A DNA stretch of 64,000 bases. Origin: Balamuthia mandrillaris. Lineage: Eukaryota. A program made the translations under genes and the position numbers. The notes under the pieces are model-generated. The model was not told where the DNA came from. It was given only the letters and a program-made list of their open reading frames with translations, and did not search any database. Each line of letters starts with the position of its first letter. The first letter of the stretch is position 1. Location of the stretch: positions 1-64,000 of the forward strand of contig JAVKOQ020000039.1 in the NCBI GenBank assembly GCA_031835245.2, read 5' to 3'. Below, in pieces: positions 36,562 to 49,433 of the stretch.

Positions 36562-37347
36562 TCAGTGATGCCGCCGACTGGAAGAGGATGGCACGTGATT
36601 GTCGTTGTTGCTGTCTTCATCCTCCTCTTCATTGTGGTTGTTGGTGTTCTCTGCTGTTGTGTAGCCTCTTCTCCCCAACACATTCAACGCTCGTCCTCGT
36701 TCTAACTCTCGGCCTACGATAGAGAAACCGAACAACAGGCCAGCAAAGAAGGAAGAAAACGAAAAAGTCATAACAGAACACAAACACAAAGCAGAGAAAA
36801 GAACAAACAGAGAAAGAGTTGACAAACAAACCTTCTTGCAGACCAAGAGAATAAGCCCAGGACTGCAGTTGCTTCATCTTCTCGGCCAGTTGTCCCTCCG
36901 TATAAGACGCCAACACTAGCGTAGGGATTAATCAATCGATCGATCAAATTTGAAAAAGGGAGAGGGAGAGAGGGAGAGGGAGAGAGGGAGAGAGAGAGAG
37001 AGAGTGAGCAGATTACTCTGAACGACTTCAAGATCACTTTCCGCGAGATCGTTTGAGGAGGGGGCGGCGAACCGAAAGGCACGTCCACGGGTGGGAGTGA
37101 GCAGGCCCTGCTCGGAGAGCGAAGGAAGCACCGACTCCGTTGAGGGTGGTGGAGCGGCAGCACCCCCCACCAAAAGCTCATCTTCCTCCAATTTTTCCTC
37201 CGTCAACAGAGAAAGCTCTGCATTGTTGTTCCGTTTTGCCTCGGGATCTTCCACGCTTGAAGATGAAGTTATGGAGGAGGTGGAGGAAGAAGAGGAGGAG
37301 GAAGAGGAGGCGGAGGAGGTCATCCGATCGAACGTTGTTGCTTCCAT
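36562..37347 (-). CDS. LIN52: LIN52-like subunit of the MuvB/DREAM complex, 3 exons
   Basis: Spliced product contains DLEVVQMLASYTEGQLAEKMKQLQSWAYSLGLQEGRELERGRALNVL, matching the LIN52 C-terminal motif LxxxAYxLGLxExRExxRGxxLNxL. Confidence 0.8.
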
Positions 37348-37402
37348 TTTCTCTCTTTATGTAAATTTTTTCTTGGAATTTATTTGCCAAACAAAAAGGT
37401 CC

Positions 37403-40400
37403 CTAAAAGCTGAGAGTGGGAGGCAGAAAGAGAACGGTGTCTCTTTCTTCTTCTTCTTGCTCTTGGCCAAGGTCGCTTTCTTCTGTGTTTGCTTCGCTTG
37501 CTTGATCCGCTTCTTGGTGTGGTTCTGAAGATGAGGAAGAGGAAGAGGAAGACGAAGGAGAAGAAAGGGAGAGGGATGAGGACGAAGATGAAGCAACATC
37601 CGCAACGGAAGAGTGGTCAGAAAAGGATAGCGAAGAGGAAGCATAACTACAATAATGCGAAGGGGAACAATAAACTAGAGAAGCAGAACGATCAGAGTCG
37701 AAGATGGAGGCGATGGGCGTTACGTTTGTGTCTTTAACTTTTGTAATCGTCCTCCTCGTCGTTGCACAAACGGTTGCTTCGTTGTGCCGCTCACATTTCT
37801 TCTTCAACCCTCCCTTTTCTTTGTTATCTCTTTCTTCCAGCTCTTCTTGCTCTTTCATTTCTTCGTCGTCCTCAGAATAAGAGCTAGACGATGATGCGAT
37901 TGGAACCAACGAAGCTAAAGTTTGTACTAATTGAGTTGTGAGGTCTTGTGTACGAGCAACCTCTTCGTTAACTGTAGCTATTATTTCCTGTCGTTCATTG
38001 TTGTTGCTGAGTTGCGTTGTTTCAACCGTTACAGTGGATTCTTGTTGTGGTAGAGCCGTTGAACGTTTAGAAGAGGATAAAGAGATATCAAACTCGTCGT
38101 GAAGTTTCAGTCGACAAGATTGGTCCAATGTTAAGTCACCGAAAGCGTATCTACAAAAGACAGGGAAAAAACGGTAAGAAAATAAAAAAGAGGACAAAGA
38201 GGGGGCAGAGGCACCTATATTCACAGAATTGAGGGTATTTACAATGGTGATTCCAATAGTCCCAAACGCAGTCATCATCTTTACGGGGCACTCGAGCGTT
38301 CTTTGGAGCAAAAGGCCAGTCTGAATCCTTTTCCATGCTTCCTTTTTCTTGATAATGCCTTCTAACTGCTTCCTCTGCAATGTTCATTCTTTTGTATAAG
38401 CAAAGCGAAACTAGATAAAAAGAAGAGAGAGCGACAGGCGCACCAAAAGCGGTTCTCATGTGGAAAGTAACCTCTTCGGTAATCTCGCGAAATAAAAGGT
38501 TGCTGCGAACGGCGTCTCTGTGATTGACGAGGTCCATTTCCCACACGGCCGTTGCCCATTTTCGTTGTTTCCATCCGTCGTAGGCTGTGTCCAAACTCTC
38601 GTAGAAAGTTATACCCAAGCTTTCATCGCCTTCCAATTGTTTGCTCTGCTCGTCAAAGTAAAACCTACAAGAAAACAATTAGTCCTGAAAAGCAAAAACA
38701 AAAGGGGATAAAACTTGGAGAAAGCACGTAAGAAGACCTAACCGTTGAGGTATCCGTGTTATTTTAATCTTGGAGGGATCTTGTGAAAGCCAGTTGTGGC
38801 AATAAGATAGAGAAGTGTAGGGAACGGTCTCATCACCCGACTTTCCTTCTCTCTCCGCATCGGTGTAGTCAAACTTGGCTTCTCCTTTGTTGCGTTTTTT
38901 GTAGCCTTTTGCTCTTTACGCACATAACGAATGTTTCACTATAGAACACAAGACATAGAAGAAAGGAAGACAAGTACCTTCTTGCTTCCTCTTTGTTAAG
39001 ATATGTCTTTCTTCCCGTTTTCACGTTTTCTGAGTAAACCTGATCTCCCTCCTCATAAACAACCTCCACCATGTTCCATGTCCCATTCACAGCTCCTTTC
39101 TCCCATGTGTAGCTGAGTTGCGTCCGTAGGTTGATGCCGTAGATGCAATATACTCGTGCTATAGGCGGTCTCTCCCATGGTGTGAATGGGTTTAAAACGG
39201 GATCGTTGACGTACCACTTTTTGGCCATGTCCGCTATCTTACCGGAAATAGGGTCCCATTCTTTGATGTCTTCAAACAGTTCCAAAATGTTAGATGCATT
39301 ATATTTTCTCTGAACAAGAGAGAACGTTTGAGTTGAAAGAAGAAAAGAACAATGAAGAGGAGAACACACCTTTTCGCTATCTTTTCGTTTCATTAGCGCA
39401 AGATCCAAGGGAGTGCTACCAGGCCCAAGGTTTCCAGCAGCGGACACCGACCCTCCTCCAAAGCCCTTCTCCGGCTCAGCTGAAGGTTCGATAATAGAAG
39501 CAACTTCCATTCCCCATAATTCTTCCAATTCTCCGTCTTCTCCTTCTCTTGCGCCAAATGGAAGCATCCATGGAGTCGATCCGAACGTATTTCCAACTAC
39601 CTGTAAAGATCACAATATGGTCAATAACCCACAATAACTCTTGACAAGAGGTAACGAGAAGATAACAAGGACAAGAAAAGTCGCTGATGGAAGCAGTGGA
39701 GTGGAAACAGAAAGAGATTAAACGCTATAAATACTCTGATTTGATCAGGGCGAATGCGAGGCAAGCCAAACGTGACCCCACTCAAGACAGCTTCTACGCC
39801 GGAAGGGCTGCCGAGCAGAGGCGCTCCAATTGCTATGTAGTCAGAAATGTGTCGGTCTATCCAACTTTGATAGTTGAACTCGCCTTTCTCTTTCTTCAGC
39901 CATTCCAAAAAATACCGAAACACGTTGTTCCCTTTCAGTGAATCAAGTTCAGAATGAAGAACGAAGAAAGAAGCGGAAAAAGGAACAAACCAAGAGAGTG
40001 TGCAATAATTATGACGCCAGGAGAGCTTTGGGGTTGTATGCCTCGTTCTTGAGCTTTAACCAAACTCTCTATTTTGACCATCATGTCTGAAAAGAAGTTA
40101 TCTCGGGCATCCATAACGCTAGGTGGCAATCTGAAGTCGTATGGAGCTGCATTTACTGTTGTTCCTGGATCATAACCCAACTCAGCTACCATATGCTCTA
40201 TCAATTGTCGCCAAATCGTTGAAAAGGCTCCTATGTTGGATTTATGTTGTAAGAAGAGAGAGGAGAAGGAGGAAGGGCGAGAGACAGGGAGAGGAAGAGA
40301 GAGAGAGAGAGAGAAAAGAATGCTGATAAACAACCAGTGATGAATCCATGATCTAGCTGGGCAATGGCAGACAGACCCTCACCCGGACGAACCTTGCACT

Positions 40401-41309
40401 CTGGTCCATCGCTCTGATCGTCGGCGTTCAGCGTCATGCACGTCAGCCAACACTCGGGCGCAGCGACCAGCTTCCTCACGTCCAACCAGAGTCGATCGCC
40501 CAGAGCCCAGTCGGAGACGCCATAGCACTTGAAGTACTTCCAATTGTAAAGTTGACTGGAGGCAAATCCTTTGTTGTCATAGGTTTTTTTGTTTCGGTAA
40601 GCTTGGCGGCTTTGTTTCATGAGCAAAAGAGAGGAAACAACGAAAGAAAGAGAAGAAAGAAACGACAAGAACGCAACCACGCGAGAGAAAGAGGAAAAGA
40701 CAGAGACAAACGAAGGGAAAAAATAACGGAAAAAAAAAGGAGCTTAACGTTCGTGATGAAAAGAAAAAGCAAACCAGGAATCATGAGCACCGCGCGGTGC
40801 TTGTACTGCCGCTTGAGGCGGTCCAGAACCGCGTGCAGCTCAGAGTCCTCCTCGCAGGTGGAGGCCGCCGCTGCCTTCTCACGCTCCGCGTCCGTGTGAG
40901 GCCGAGGCACCGCCTCTCTCCACAGCCTCTCCATCTCCTCGTTCTCGTCTTCACCTGCTTTCGCTGCTGTGTGTTCCTCCTCCAAAGCGTAACCAGCGGT
41001 GGCCGTTTCCCAAGCGAGAGGAGAGTGGCTGTGGTCCTCGCTGTTGACTTGAGCGGGGTCGAAGCGAGTGCTGCTGCTTTGAAGGAGATCAGCCGAAATC
41101 AGCGTTGCTTGAGCGGAACCACACGAAAGGAAGAAAAGAAGAAGAAGAGTGAAAAGAATGGACGAGAAGGGGGAGGATCGCCGCCGTTGTTTCCACCATC
41201 GCCACCCCCGCCTGCTGCAGCGAGAGCCGCACAACAGCAGCTGCGCGTCTTTTTTCATTCCTTCCTTCTCTCTTCGTCTCTCTGCCACAAAATTTGTCGA
41301 CGTTTTCAT
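37403..41309 (-). CDS. LCAT-family acyltransferase, most like plant phospholipid:sterol acyltransferase (PSAT)
   Basis: IPGFASSQL, LWLD...CWLTCMTL, CKVRPGEGLSAIAQLD, AAPYDFRL, AHSLG (catalytic Ser), GAPLLGS, SGDETVPY.SL, HRD, and a PSAT-type C-terminal Cys module DDDCVWDY...C...FCEYRYAFGD..L.QSCRL. Start codon uncertain. Confidence 0.82.
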
Positions 41310-41461
41310 TTTCCTCCGTTTGGATCCGAAAATTCGACCTAATTTTTCTTTCCGAAAAAATCGTTTTCAGAATTTTTGGCGGGAAAACTTTATGTCGACA
41401 AATGACCGAATATTTTTTTTGTGGACCGAAAAAAAGAAAAGAAAAAGAGAGAGAAGAACGA

Positions 41462-44400
41462 ATGAAGACGAGAAAGAATGGTGGTGGTGGAGAGAGAACC
41501 CAACCACGAACGGCTGGAAGAACAGGGCAGATAGGAATGAGCCATGGTGCTGCTGCTGTCGCCAAGCTGCAAAAGAGAAAGCCGGCTGCTGGCGAAGAGA
41601 AGAGCGGAGAAGGAGGGATGGGAACCGCTTTTGCGGCGAAACGGCGGCCTTCTCCACCCACGCATCCGAATCACGCTCCCTCTTCTTTTGTGCCTTCCTC
41701 TGCGTCTTCGTCCAGCAGAAGGCTGGTGAGACCAACCACCAACGGGACCGCTCGTCCGAAGACGCAAAGAAAAGCCATAACCACGACTCCCTCCTCCTCA
41801 GCTTCCACTCTGAGAGGAGAGGACGCCACAAAGGAGAACCGACGACTGCTGCAACGACAACAAAGACCCCCTCTTACCAAACTTAAAAGTCTTCACAGCA
41901 GCACTCAGCAACCTCTTTCTTCTTCTTCTTCTTCTTTTACTTCCTCTCTTTCAACAGCCTCAACAAGCACACAACGAGCAATGACCCGAAGAGAAAGAAG
42001 GGTGCCTCTGTCTTCTTCTTCATCGTCTTCGTCTTCTGCAACGTCTGTACGAAATGGAACAACGACTACGACGACAGGGACACCTGTAAACAGCAACCTG
42101 GAGACAAGCTCTTGTCTTCAACAAATGAAAACAACAACAACAAGAATGGTGGCAACAAAACAGAACGCAATGAACAACCTATCAACCACACTAGAGGAGA
42201 AACGTCGCAGAGAAGAAGAAGAACAAGACCAAGAAGAACAACAACAAAAAGGAGGAGGAGTAGAAAAATGTTGTGAAAACGAAGCAGAAGATGCGGATGG
42301 AGAGGATTGTAAGCGAAAGGAAAGTAAAGAACGAGAGGAAGCAGAAGAACTGAAGGAAGAGAATTTCCTAGGAGAAGAAGAAAACGAAGAAGAGCATTTC
42401 CAACAACAAATAAACAACCAAGAAAACGAAAGTGTAGAGGCAGTGATAGAAAGCGAAGAAAGAAACAACGAAGAACAAGAGCAAGCAAGTAACTTGATGG
42501 AATTCCAACAAACAGAAGAACAAAGCTGTACAAATGAAATGGTGAGAGAGGACAATAAGGCAATGAACGCAACACAACGACTCGTTCTTAACGATGAACC
42601 AGCCAAAAAGAGAAGCAGCGGTGTGAAACGGTCACTGGACGTCTTCATCAACGACTCTTCTTGCTCTTCTGTCGCTTCTTCATCATCTTCTGCTACTGCA
42701 TCCACTCCACTTCTCAAGAAACAAAGAATGAAGAGAAGAGAAGCAGCTAAAGCAGAGCAGCGAAAGAAAGAAGAGGAACGTCAAAAATGGTGGCAGGAAG
42801 AACAACAAAGACAACAAGCCATTCGCGAACGAGAGGCGGAGCAAGAAACAGCTCGACAAGCTTTTGAGAGGTGGCGACAACAGCGCAGAGTAAACGAACT
42901 AAGAAACGCCAACAGCGACAGAAGAAACTATCTACGTCCTATTTTCTTCAACCTCATCAACACGAAGAAGCAAACAAACAAAACAACCGAAGAAGAAAAG
43001 GAAAACGAAAGAGACAAAGAAATTGTTCAAACGCGAATCGAAAGGGAGAGACAAAGACAACAAAGACTAGAAACCATCAAAGCACGTTCTTTCTCCTTAC
43101 TCTGTAGGCAACTTTCTTCACTTTCACCTACTTCTTCGTTATCACATCGAAGAAACATTCGCAGAAAAGTTATTCCTTGCTCTGTTTCGCTTTCGGAGGT
43201 GAAGCTCTTGTTTGAGGATTGGAGGTCATCTCTTTGGTTTGCTCCAGCCGATTTTGGAAAGTCAACAGATGAACGTGAAGATGCAGAGGAAGTGAGTTAC
43301 GAGTTGATGTATGTTCCATATTGTTGCGCACGAGCCACTACTCGAACTCGCTTCTCTGCTCGTGTTCGTCTTATTCCGCCTTCTTCGTCATCATTATCTT
43401 CTTCCTCCGCTTCCTGTTCTGCTTCCGAAGATAATAACGAACGATCGATGAATGCAATGGAACGAATCTTTCGACAAGTGCAACAGAGATTCGCTCAACA
43501 ACAACAAACTGAAAAGGAGAGAGAAGAATGGAGAGACGAAGTTGCAACCGCGGAAAGTGTGCACGAAAACGTTTTGGTTTGTGCGCTATCAGCGCCAAAC
43601 GAGGAGGAAAAGGAACTGTTGGAGCATGTCAACGAATGGGATGTAGAATCAGCCAAAGAAGTAACAAATGAAAACGAAGTAAATGAAGAAGTTAACGAAA
43701 TGGAAGGAGACGACGAAGATATAAAAGCTTTACTCACCCTTCAACACGTGAGAAACGCGATGGCTCTTCCACAATTACGTTCTCTTCTCGAACAAATCCT
43801 CTTCCAAAAGGAAAAAGAATCCTGCAAACAAGACCATCTACCTCAACATCTTCGCCACAAAAACAACTCCATTCTTTCTTCATCATCTTCATCTTCTTCC
43901 TCTTCTTCCTCTTCTTCGTCCACTTTGATATACGACGTTTCTCATCCACCCAAAAACTTTCGCATTGATGAGCTCTCCTTCTCTAACACTTCCGCTCATT
44001 TTATCTACGTGCCTGTTTGGAAAGTGCTATATCGCTATCACGGCCGCTCCTTCCGTTTTCTAGTAAACGGCAGCAACATCAATGCCAAAAAGCTTTACTA
44101 TGGAGAGAGGCCATGGGGCATGGGCGCTCTGTTGGGGCAGAGCGTCTCTTTCCTCGAGACTGTCTTTGGCTTGAAGGAGGAGGAGAACTTGGTTGGCATG
44201 ATCGATGGCAGCTCTCTACAAAAGTTGGATGAGAACAATTATAATGGAGACAACGTTTCGACGCACACGATGAAGAAAAGGGTGAATTGTTGGTATAGAG
44301 AAGATGGGCGATATTTGCTATTTCCGGCGTCGCATTCTTATGTGGTCGCGTTTGCAGCTGGTTACATCACATTGAGGAATGTAGGAGAGGACGACTTGGA

Positions 44401-44791
44401 GTTGAGAGCGCAACAGAGAAAGAGCCAGTACTTTGGTGCTAGCTATGTTTTGAGAAAGGGAGAGACTCAACACTTTGATTATAAGGTAGTTTTTCTTGCT
44501 CCTCCATTTATCTTTCGTTTTGTACTTTAGTTTCTTCTTTGTTAACAGCTGGTTAAACATAAAAAGGGGAGTTGGTGCATCGAAGTACGAAAGATCAACA
44601 ACGATAACAACCACGACGTAAACGATAGAACTTCAATTGTGATGAAAGCGACCATTTGTTCTGATGCAAACGAAGCTGCCACCATAAGAACGGGACTGGT
44701 GGGAATGGGCTTGGAGCTGGTGGCAGTACACACTACAGGCGGGGGCACCAATGGAGATAAGCTTGGCATGTGCAAGTACTATTCTTCTTGA
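41462..44791 (+). CDS. Hypothetical protein: long low-complexity N-terminus and a conserved-looking C-terminal module
   Basis: Long ORF plus one 3' intron. Motifs LMYVPY and IYVPVWKVLYRYHGRSFRFLVNG...YGERPWG recall SSUH2-like/bacterial uncharacterised PVW..Y.Y.G....VNG..GERP proteins. Confidence 0.6.
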
Positions 44792-44814
44792 TAATACATT
44801 TTGTTCATTTCACA

Positions 44815-46226
44815 TCAATAAGGGATGCCATGTCTTGAAAGTAAAGCTCTCAACCTGTTCATTTCTCTTCGTTGCTGTTCGAGCTCTTCGTCCTTGCTTC
44901 GTATCTGCGCGATGACAGACTTGCTTTTCTCCACCAACAACTTGCATTTGGCCTCCTGAGTTTCCATTTTTCTTCTCATCTCAGCAACGACGAGACTCGC
45001 GTCTTCTTCAGAGTTGAAGGAAGAAGTCAAGGAAGAGGAGGGGCTTGCAAAGGGAGAAGTAGAAGCGGGGGACGTGGCAGGAGAACGACAAGAAATGGGA
45101 AAGGAGGTAAGGCCAGAAGAAGTTGACATTGAACCTCGACTTCTTTCGGTCTCCAGCTCTTGAGTCAAAGAGCGAACGTGTTTTTGGGCCTCTTCGAGTT
45201 GCCATTTCAGATTGGCCACTTCGAACTCGGCTGGCGTTCCCCAGACTGTTTCAAGCCATATGAGCAACAACACAAAACGAAAGAAAGACAGCAGAGAAGA
45301 GAAGAGAGACAAAGCAAGAGACAATCCAAGAGTGAAGAAAGGAAGAAACAAAGAAACGAGAAGAAAAGAGGCAACGGACAAGAAAGGTGAAAGAACGGAC
45401 CATTTTCAGGAGCAGCATTGTTGCTTCCAATAGTTTTGTTCTTGAGCTCACGGACCTTTTGTTGCAAGTCTGCAATCTCCTCGTTTTTGATGAGCAGCAA
45501 TGAACGTAGCTTCTCCAACTGTTCTTCTGTCGTTTGTGAACTCGACTTTTATTTTGTTCCAAATCAAAAAGTAAGATTAGACAAAAGAGAGGAAAAAATC
45601 AAAGAACAAACCTTAACAGCATCTATCTGAGCAGTTCCGTCCGAAGAGGAGAGTTGAAACTTGGTTTTACGACCCCACGTCTTGTTCTTGGCCTTCATCG
45701 TGTTGCTTTTGGTGGGCCTCTTTTCGGAGGGAGGAGACCCGACGACGGCTTGCTCTCGCAGCTTTCGGCGAAGGATCTTTTCGTTCTCTTCTTTTTGCTT
45801 CTCGTATTCCTGCCTCATTTGTTCTTTGTACTTTTCGACTTCCGCTTGGGTCATCGGCATTCCTTTACATTGTTGAGTGAGAGGAGAGAGAAAGCGAAAA
45901 GATGAGAAGAAAAAAACAAGAAAAAAGAAAGATAAACAAAGTAAAGGCAGATAGAACGAAATTATAGAATAGGGAGAAAACGAAGAGAGGAAACCTGTTC
46001 TATCGACGACACTCGTTTGGAACTTGGCAAATAGTTCCTGTTGCTCTCTTTCGAGTTGTTGCTGTCGTCGCTTCTCGATGTTCCGGTTCACCTCTTCCCT
46101 TTCCTTTCGTTCCTTCTCCGCCTTCTTGTTTCTCCATTTCTCCAATTTCTCCTGTTCTTTTTTCATGCTTTCGGCACGAAGGGCGTTCCTAAACGTGCTT
46201 CCATGTGGGTCGCTTGGGTTTGCCAT
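44815..46226 (-). CDS. Hypothetical coiled-coil protein, multi-exon
   Basis: Charged heptad-rich exons (MANPSDPHG..., LEKLRSLLLIKNEEIADLQQKVREL, LKWQLEEAQKHVRSL) separated by pyrimidine-rich GT-AG introns. Confidence 0.6.
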
Positions 46227-46460
46227 GGCGATGCTTCTCTTGCTCTTCCGTTTGTTTGTTTCGTGTTGCGTTACACCTTAATTACGTGATCTTAATTAAG
46301 GGAATCGATCGATTTTTTACCTTTTTTTGGTAAAATATCGAATATTCAGGGATATATCGTGGTTATAATGCTTTTTTAAAAAAACTTGCAAAATTGAGCA
46401 ATAGTTATTGACACAACACCATTGTATCCATAACTATCGCCATAATCGATAGGTTCGTGT

Positions 46461-48844
46461 TTATCGCAGCTCCACGTCGATAATGTCGTCATCCTCCATG
46501 TCGAGAGACTCCGCCGTTTGGTTGGGTTTCAACGGGAGGCCATCGAAGCAGAAGCGGAGCTCCTGCATCGTGAGGCCTTTCTTTTTACAGTATGCCGCCA
46601 TCACTTTCTGCAATGGATCGCCCTGTTTTGTTTTGCATGTATGAGGAAAGAGAAGCGACGAAAGAGAAACGACGAAAGGAGATAGGAATGGAAACCGTTT
46701 TCAAGCGGAACTTCTCCACATCTTTCTCGAGCCGCACGCGGATGAGCACTCTTGGGGCGTCGTCCTCCACCTCCTCTTCTTCTTTCGTTGCAGTGTTTTG
46801 TTGAAGCCCTCCCTCCGCCTCCACGTCGATAATGTCCTCGTCCTCCATGTCGAGAGCAGCTGCGGTGCCGTTGGGGAAGAGAGGACAACCGTCAAAGATG
46901 AACTTCAGACGGTTCAACGCGGCTCCTTTCTTGTTGGCGTATGCTTTCATTAACTTCTCGAATGGATCCGTCTTTTGATTTGTTGTTAGTTGGATGAAAA
47001 GAAAGACAAAAGAAAGTGAGAAAAAGTGTGGATAAGCAGAAAAGCAGAGGATGAGAGAACGAGGATGAGAGTGAGGAGAATGAGAAGGAAAGCAGTGAAA
47101 AGCTGACTGGAGACAAACCTTCAAAATGCGGAACTTTTCTATATCGTTAGTTTGATATCTCACTTTAAGCAGAACGTATCTATCATCCTCCTCTTCTGCC
47201 TCTTCCTCCTCAAACGTTCGCAAATTATCACCTTTCGCATGTGTTGAAAGTAAAGAAGAAGTGGAAAGAGAAAGCGAAGAAGAGGAAGAGGATAGTGGCG
47301 GTAAACGCGGCGGAAGATGAACATAGATAGTATCATTGTCTTGCATACAAAGATCACTCGGTGTTTGTTCCAAGTCAATCGGAATGCCGTCATATTTCAA
47401 CATCACAAGTTCCGCAATTTCTTCCACTCTTTGCTGAAGCATACGAGACGATGAAGAAGATGAAGAAGAGGGATGAGGAGAAGATGGTGTTGAGTTATTA
47501 CGACAAGGATGAGCGATAATGTCCAGTTTGACCATTTCACTGAGCTGATACTCCTCCGCAAACTCGTTCTCCACAAAGTACTTTTCTAACTCAGCTTGTT
47601 TGCATTGAATGTAGAACTCCATGATCTTCTTGAAGTGTTGGCTCTTGCCCAACTTGAACTTGAGGATTTTGTTCTCGTCCAGCGGACATTTGACCCGTAA
47701 TATTACAGCAGGCGGTTGTTGTTGTTGTGGAGAGGAACAATCAGGAAGAGAAGAAGCAAAGAAAGAAACACCCGCGCCGGGAGGATAGAACGTGGTAGAA
47801 TAGGGAGAGGCAGTTTGTTGTGACTGATGATTAGAGGAAGGAGAGTAACTACTGTGCTGAGGGGATGGAGTCGAAAGGCCTTCTTTAAATTCTTCGATTT
47901 CTGCTTGAGCTTCCCTGTAGAGACAATAATATTACAGAGGAAGGAAGGAGTTAGGCGAGAAGGAGAGAACAGAAAGCAGAAGGTTTCGACGAACGAAGGA
48001 AAACGAGAAAAGCAAGCATAACAACAAGACATCACAAAACGAGTACGTTTAGCAAAAACAAAAATGAAACGTGCCTCAAAAGACGCATGCTTTCCATGAC
48101 CCCCAAAGGTAGCGGAGCGTCCTCGACGGCCACCACCTCGTCATCGTCTCCCTTGGGCACACCTCTGACGAGCTCCAAGAAATCATCTTCATCCTCATCG
48201 TCCTTCTCCGTCCCAAGGAACTCGGCCAAGTTGGCAGCGTAGGTCCGGCTTTCGGCCGTGTTCACTCTTCTCTTCTTGTTTTTGGAGGAGCTACCTTTTG
48301 TTGGTCTCGTTTTCTTTCCTCTCTGCCGTTTCTTGTTGCCCAGAACTTGAGCCAACAAGTTTTTAGTTCCTTTCTTGCTTTGGGCGTTGCTTGTCAGCCA
48401 GTCCTCTTCTCCTTCTAGCTCCCCTTCTCCAGCGCTCCCGAAAGGAGCTTGCTTAGAAGCTCCTTTACTTGTTCCCTCGTTGTTTACATGTGTTATGGCG
48501 AGGATGCCATCGTCTTCCTCATCGGAGAGCTCGTCGAGAACTATAACAACAGAGAAGAGTGAGAGAGAAGCGAGAAGAGTGAGAGGGAAGCGAGAAGATA
48601 AGTAGAGGAGAGAAAAGAGCAAACATGGAGAGAAGAGAAGATGAAAGAGAGACGAAGAGGGTGGCAACCAAATATACTTACGAATCTGTACAGTGTCTCG
48701 ACCAAGTGCTCCGCGATATTGAAACATCGGAAGAAATTCATCCTTGCCTTTGGGGTTACCTTCTTCTTCTTCTTCGTCGCTGAGCACCAAAACCTTGGAG
48801 GCCTCCGTCATTGAGTCCTTCGTGTTTGTCGCGACACCCTGCAT
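46461..48844 (-). CDS. Rad60/Esc2/NIP45 (RENi)-like protein with tandem SUMO-like domains
   Basis: Acidic/basic disordered N-terminus, then repeats of KF....FxKxM..Y....FDG.PL.P..T...LDMED.DIIDV. Ends DIIDVELR-stop with no diglycine. Confidence 0.78.
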
Positions 48845-49433
48845 CCATCAATTTTTTTTTTTCGCGAACCGCGTTGAGAGGTTCCACCCGAACACAAAAC
48901 AAACAAACAAACAAAACAAGTAGTGACAGAGAGTGCAACGACATTTGATCCCTCAAAAAACCAACAAAAAAAACGAACCGGTTGGTTGGCCACCTCGCTG
49001 GCAGTGGAAGCAGCCATGGCTGCTACGCCCTCTTCCATTTGTTCCTTTGCTACTTTTTTTTTTTTGCAGGTATTTTGTGTCGACATTTAACGGACAATTT
49101 CGTTTGATCTTCAATCTTGTCGACATATTTGATCTGAGATCAATATCAGCAAGCCAAGAGCATGGGGAAAAAAAAGTAGCGGGCCTGCTTTCCTTTGGTC
49201 GTGGTGGCGGAAACAAAACATGAGGTGTTGCATTATGTCCTTTGTGTTTGTGCGGCCTCTGCTTGTTACACCCTGGCCATCATCACCTCTTTCACCATCT
49301 CTCTCTCGCTCTCTTCTTTCTCTTCTCTCTCTCTCCTGCCCTTTTGTCTCTAATGCACGAGGTAATATTTAATGATGAGAGAAGCTAATAAATTAAGCTA
49401 AAACAAAAAGGCGCAACGAGAGAAGGAAGCAAC

